Shown one piece after another: positions 32,801 to 37,239 of a DNA stretch of 37,239 nucleotides. The position numbers and the translations under genes were made by a program. This DNA comes from Chiloscyllium plagiosum. Its lineage: Eukaryota. The notes below the pieces were generated by a model that was given only the letters and a program-made list of their open reading frames with translations, did not search any database and was not told where the DNA came from. Position 1 is the first letter of the stretch, and every line of letters begins with the position of its first letter. Where the stretch lies: positions 1-37,239 of the forward strand of contig NW_025215186.1 in assembly GCF_004010195.1 (NCBI RefSeq), read 5' to 3'.

Positions 32801-33441
32801 TGATCACCATTGCACTACACACACACACTCTCTTACATATACACGTACACAGATACGCACACAGACGCCCACACACACCCTTATAGACACACACACTCCC
32901 ACACATGCACCCCTTCACAGACGTAAGACACTCTGCACTCACTACACACACACACACACACACTTTCTCACACTCACAACCCCCACCCCAGACAGACACA
33001 CACACAGACAGACAGAGACCCACATGCACACATATATTTTGTGTGGTGAATTTTTTTGGTACTTGCAGAATTACATTGCACTTTGCTCAAAAACCACATA
33101 CATTCATGTAGAACTCTGAGCTAAAAAAAACTGTATGAATCTATGTAAAACTCTGTAATCTAACTTTTTAGATTGGAATCAATCTAAACATCAGGTCATA
33201 GACAGAGAACACAGGGGGCTAACACCTTCAACATATTGTCTAGCTATCACCATTGTTAGCAGCTAACCCGAGAATGCAACTTTTTAAAAAAAGGGCTTTG
33301 TGATTTACACATGAAAGAAGTGAAACTATCACTGTATTCTAACAGATGAAAGGCTTAACAGACAATCAATTCTTCAATGTATAATTCCAGTTACATCACA
33401 CTGCAAATTTTTGCTATAAATTCTGTGTTACGACCGAGCCC

Positions 33442-33671
33442 NNNNNNNNNNNNNNNNNNNNNNNNNNNNNNNNNNNNNNNNNNNNNNNNNNNNNNNNNNN
33501 NNNNNNNNNNNNNNNNNNNNNNNNNNNNNNNNNNNNNNNNNNNNNNNNNNNNNNNNNNNNNNNNNNNNNNNNNNNNNNNNNNNNNNNNNNNNNNNNNNNN
33601 NNNNNNNNNNNNNNNNNNNNNNNNNNNNNNNNNNNNNNNNNNNNNNNNNNNNNNNNNNNNNNNNNNNNNNN
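33442..33671. other. Assembly gap (230 N)
   Basis: Run of N. Confidence 1.
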
Positions 33672-34113
33672 ATAGTAGTGGCAAGTTATGCATGGAGTCA
33701 GAGGAGTTAGGGAAGCTCTAAATGAATGCTTTTTTGTAAGTAGTCACACTAGAAAAAGTCAATGTGGTCGAGGGGAATACTGAGCTACAGGCTACTAAGT
33801 TTGAAGGGATTGAGGTGCATAAGGAGGAGATGTTATCTATTCTGGAAAGTGTAAAAATAGTGAAGCTGGATGGGATTTGTCCGAGGATTCTCTGGGAAAC
33901 CAGGGAGGAGACTGCCAAGCCTTTGGCTTTGATCTTTATGTTGTCATTGTCTACAGGAATAGTACCAGAGACTGGAGGGTAGCAAATCTTGTTCCCTTGT
34001 TCAAGAAGGGAGTAGAGACAACCCTGGAAACTGTACACTTGTGAGCCTTACCTCGGTTGCGAGTAAAGTGTTGGAAAGGGTTACAAGAGATAGGATTTAT
34101 AATCTAGAAAGGA
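33672..34113 (+). mobile_element. CR1-type LINE ORF2 fragment (continuation of 29880-30226)
   Basis: DGICPRILWETREETAKPLALIFMLSLSTGIVPE; collinear with 34730-35180. Confidence 0.88.
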
Positions 34114-34193
34114 TGGTATTGGAAAACCACAGCAGGTCAGGCAACATCCGAGGAGCAGGAAACTCGACATTTCGGGCAAAAGCCCTTCATCAG
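34114..34193 (-). mobile_element. PLE family A pLTR piece with hammerhead core
   Basis: Minus strand CTGATGA-A-GGGC-TTTT-GCCC-GAAA-TGTC-GAG...GCCTGACCTGCTGTGGTTTTCC. Confidence 0.82.
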
Positions 34194-34209
34194 TGATTAA
34201 AGCATGCTG

Positions 34210-34332
34210 GGAAATATAAACGCCTGATGGACAATAATATGATGTGATTAGCCAATATAAACTTATGATGGACAATCATATGATATCATTAGGAAATATA
34301 AATTTATGATGGACAATTGTGATGCGATTAGG
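34210..34332 (+). repeat. 41-bp tandem repeat, 3 copies
   Basis: AATATAAA at 34213, 34254 and 34295, each followed by TGATGGACAAT and ATTAG. Confidence 0.85.
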
Positions 34333-35192
34333 CAGGATTTAGGATGCATAGGATGGGGAAGAAAACTGCAGGGGATGGGCACAATTGAAATGCGGAGCTT
34401 GTTCAAGGAACAGCTACTACCTGTCCTTGATAAATATGTACCTTTAAGACAGGGAGGATATGGCCGAGCAAGGGAGCCGTGGTTTACTAGAGAAGTTGAA
34501 TCTCTTATCATGCGGAAGAAAAATGCCAATGTTCGGGTAAGATGTGAACGCTTAATTAAGGCACTTGAGAATTACTAGTTAGCCAGGAAAGAGCTAAAGA
34601 GAGAGCTAAGAAGAACCACGCGGGAACATAAGTAGTTAACAGATAGTATCAAGGAAAGCCCTACAGTTTTCTGTAGGTATGGCAGTAATAAAAGAATAAC
34701 GAGAGTAAGATTAGGGCCAATCAAGGACAATAGTGGGAAGTTGTGCATGGAGTCTGAGTAGATAGGACAAGTGCTAACTGAATACTTTTCATCAGTATTC
34801 ACACTGGAAAAAGACAACGTTGTCGAGGAGAATACTGAGATACAGGCTTCTAGACAAGATGAGATGGAGGTTCATGAGGAGGTGTTAGCAATTCTAGGAA
34901 GTGTAAAAAAGATAAATCTTCTGGGCCGGATGGGATTTATCCTAGGATTCTCTGTGAAGCCAGGCAAGAGATTGCAGAGCTTTTGGCTTTGATCTTTATG
35001 TCGTCATTGTCTACAAGAATAGGGCCAGAAGACTGGAGGATAACAAATGTTATCCCCTTGTTCAAGAAGGTGAGTAGAAACAACCCCAGTAAGGATGGAC
35101 TATTGAGCCTTACATCGATTGTGGATAAAATGTTGAAAGAGGTTATAAGAGATATGATTTATAATCATCAAGAAAGGAATACATTGTTTAGG
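34310..35192 (+). mobile_element. CR1-type LINE ORF2 fragment (linker and RT N-terminus)
   Basis: DAIRQDLGCIGW...REPWFTREVE; LTEYFSSVFTLE; PEDWRITNVIPLFKK. Confidence 0.9.
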
Positions 35193-36470
35193 TGACCCCC
35201 CCCCCCCCCAGTGGAAATAAAGTCCCTGCTTTTATCTTGTCTATTCCCTTCAGAATTTTATCTTTTTCATATAGGATCCCCATTCTTCAAAATTCCAAAG
35301 AATATAGTATCAATCCACTCAATGTTTCCTCATTAGGCAAAACTCTCAGCTCCCAACTCAAACTGATGAACCTCCTCTGTACTCCTTCCAGTGCCAGTTC
35401 ATCCTTGTTGAAGTAAGGAGATCAAAGTTACACATAGTACTCCAGGTGTGGCCTCACTAGCACCCTATACAGCAATAGCATAACCTCCCTGATTAGTAAC
35501 TCTGTCCCTCGAGCAATGAAGGACAATATTCCCTTCGCTGCCTTTATCACCTGCTGCACTTGCAAACCAACTTCCTTTGATTCATGAACAAGCATACCCA
35601 GCTCCCTTTGCACAGCGGCATGCTGCAATATTTCACCATTTAAATAATAGTCCAGTTTGTTGTTATTCCTACCAACATGGATGACATCACATTTCCCAAC
35701 ATTGTACACTATCTGTCTGACCCTTGCCCATTCACTTAACCTCTGTATCCCTCTGCAGACTTAGTGGCGTCTGTACATTTTGCTCTACCACTGATCTTAA
35801 TGTCGTCTGTGAACTCTGACACACTACACTTGGTCCCCAACTCCAAATCATCTGCATAAATTGTAAACAAATTTAGTCCCAACACTAATCCAAACATCCA
35901 TTTATCCTGGCTCTTTACTTTGTGTTAGGTAACCAATCCTCTTTCCATGCTAATACATTACCCATAATGCCATGCATCTTATACAGCAGCCTTTTGTGTG
36001 GCAACTTGTCGAATGCCTTCTCTAAATCCAGATACACCACATCCACTGGGACCTCAGTGTCCAATGCACATAATGTCCTCAAACATTTCCAGTAAATTAA
36101 TTAAACATGAACTGTCTTTCATGAATCCATGCTGTACCTGCTGAATAGGACAGTTTCTACCAGATAGCTTGTTATTTCTTTTCCTTGAGAGATTCAAACA
36201 TTTTCCCCACTACAGAACTTAAGCTAATGGGTCCTTTTATTAAAAGAAAGCAGCATCATATTTGCAGCTTTCCAATCTGTCAGAACCATCCCAGAGTACA
36301 GTAAATTTCAGTGAATTATCTCAAGTGCATTTGGTATTTTCCTCCACCATCTCTTTTAGTACCCTGGGATGCATTTCATCACTGATCGGAGACCCATCTA
36401 ACTTTAGGCTGTTATCTATCCCAACACTAGCTCTTTATTGATAATGATTTCTTTCCCTGTCCCCATCTGC
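35193..36470 (-). mobile_element. CR1-type LINE RT fragment
   Basis: YNVGKCDVIHVGRNN..YYLNG...QRELG..V......VQQVIKAAKGILSFIARG...LLYRVLVRPHLEY; reverse YLDL.KAFDK at ~36005-36035. Confidence 0.88.
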
Positions 36471-36509
36471 CATTGTCTCTTTTTACGTGCCTATGGAGAC
36501 AACGGGAAT

Positions 36510-37170
36510 ACACAGACAATGTTTCTGTTGCGGTAAGGCTGGTAGGTGTAGGGAATGCTGTATGATTGAGAAATTCAGGCTCTGGTCAAGAAAATAAAGG
36601 AAGGATATGATATGTACAGACAACTGGGTTTGAGTGAAGCCCTACAGGAGTATAAGGGCAGTAGGAGTATACTCGAGGGAAACCAGGAGGGCAAGAAGGG
36701 GACAAGAGAAAGCTTTGGGAAATAGATTTAAGGAGAATCCAAAAATATTCTCCAAATACATTAAAGGCAAAAGATTAACCAGGCAGAGAATAGTGATACT
36801 CAAAGATCAACAAGGCTGTCTATGGACTTGCAGGAGATGGGAGAGATACTATCCAAGTATTTCATGTCAGATTTTACTGAAAGAAGATATGGAAGCCAGA
36901 GAGTTTGGAGAAATAAATAGTGATAAATTGACAAGTGTCCATATTACAGAGGAGTGGTACTGGATGTCTTATAATGCATCAAAATGGACCAGTCGCTGGT
37001 AACTGATCATGTGTATCTAAGAAATTTGTGGGAAGCTGGGGAAGTGATTGATGGGCCACTTGCTGAGACATTTGTATCATCAGTAGCCACAGGTGAGGTG
37101 CTGGAAGACAGGTTCATTATTTGCGAAAGGCTAGGGAATAATACACCAGTGAGCCTGAAGTCAGTGGCAG
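36510..37170 (+). mobile_element. Degraded CR1-type LINE ORF2 fragment
   Basis: RETRRARRGQEKALGNRFKENPKIFSKYIKGKR...LKDQQG. Confidence 0.8.
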
Positions 37171-37174
37171 GCAT

Positions 37175-37239
37175 TTCAGTGGCACACTGGTTAGCACTAC
37201 TGCCTCACAGTGCCAGAGACCCGGGTTCAATTCCCGCCT
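37175..37239 (+). mobile_element. HE1-like V-SINE tRNA-derived head, cut by the window end
   Basis: GTGGCACACTGGTTAGCACTACTGCCTCACAGTGCCAGAGACCCGGGTTCAATTCCCGCCT; A and B boxes as at 2225-2295. Confidence 0.88.

Larger units (their letters stand above)
30227..33441 (+). mobile_element. Penelope-like element, family B: inverted 5' pLTR, RT, GIY-YIG, 3' pLTR running into the gap
   Basis: 30328-30837 is a near-identical inverted repeat of ~32940-33441, with RT and GIY-YIG coding remnants between them. Confidence 0.95.

Noticed and set aside
33377..33721. ORFs spanning the N run
   Set aside because: Artefact of the assembly gap.

Overview
Repeat-dense vertebrate genomic DNA with no intact host protein-coding gene. 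The HE1/V-SINE, CR1 and Penelope families point to a shark (inference). About 15.8 kb (4748-20526) is a degenerate 10-bp satellite (CACAGAGAGT/GTCAGAGAGT) that starts inside a SINE and produces all the 'SQRVSESHREC' ORFs, which are spurious. The rest is a nest of CR1-type LINE fragments, tRNA-derived V-SINEs and two families of Penelope-like elements (PLEs) whose pseudo-LTRs carry minimal hammerhead-ribozyme cores. One PLE retains RT and GIY-YIG pseudogene sequence between inverted pLTRs (30227-33441). There is also a decayed tRNA cluster (Val and Leu pseudogenes sharing a 12-nt leader) and the 5' end of a CR1 with tandem 220-bp UTR monomers carrying a TATA/Inr pair and inverted splice-donor hairpins. 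A 230-N assembly gap lies at 33442-33671. Family assignments are by eye from recalled motifs, and LINE boundaries are approximate.
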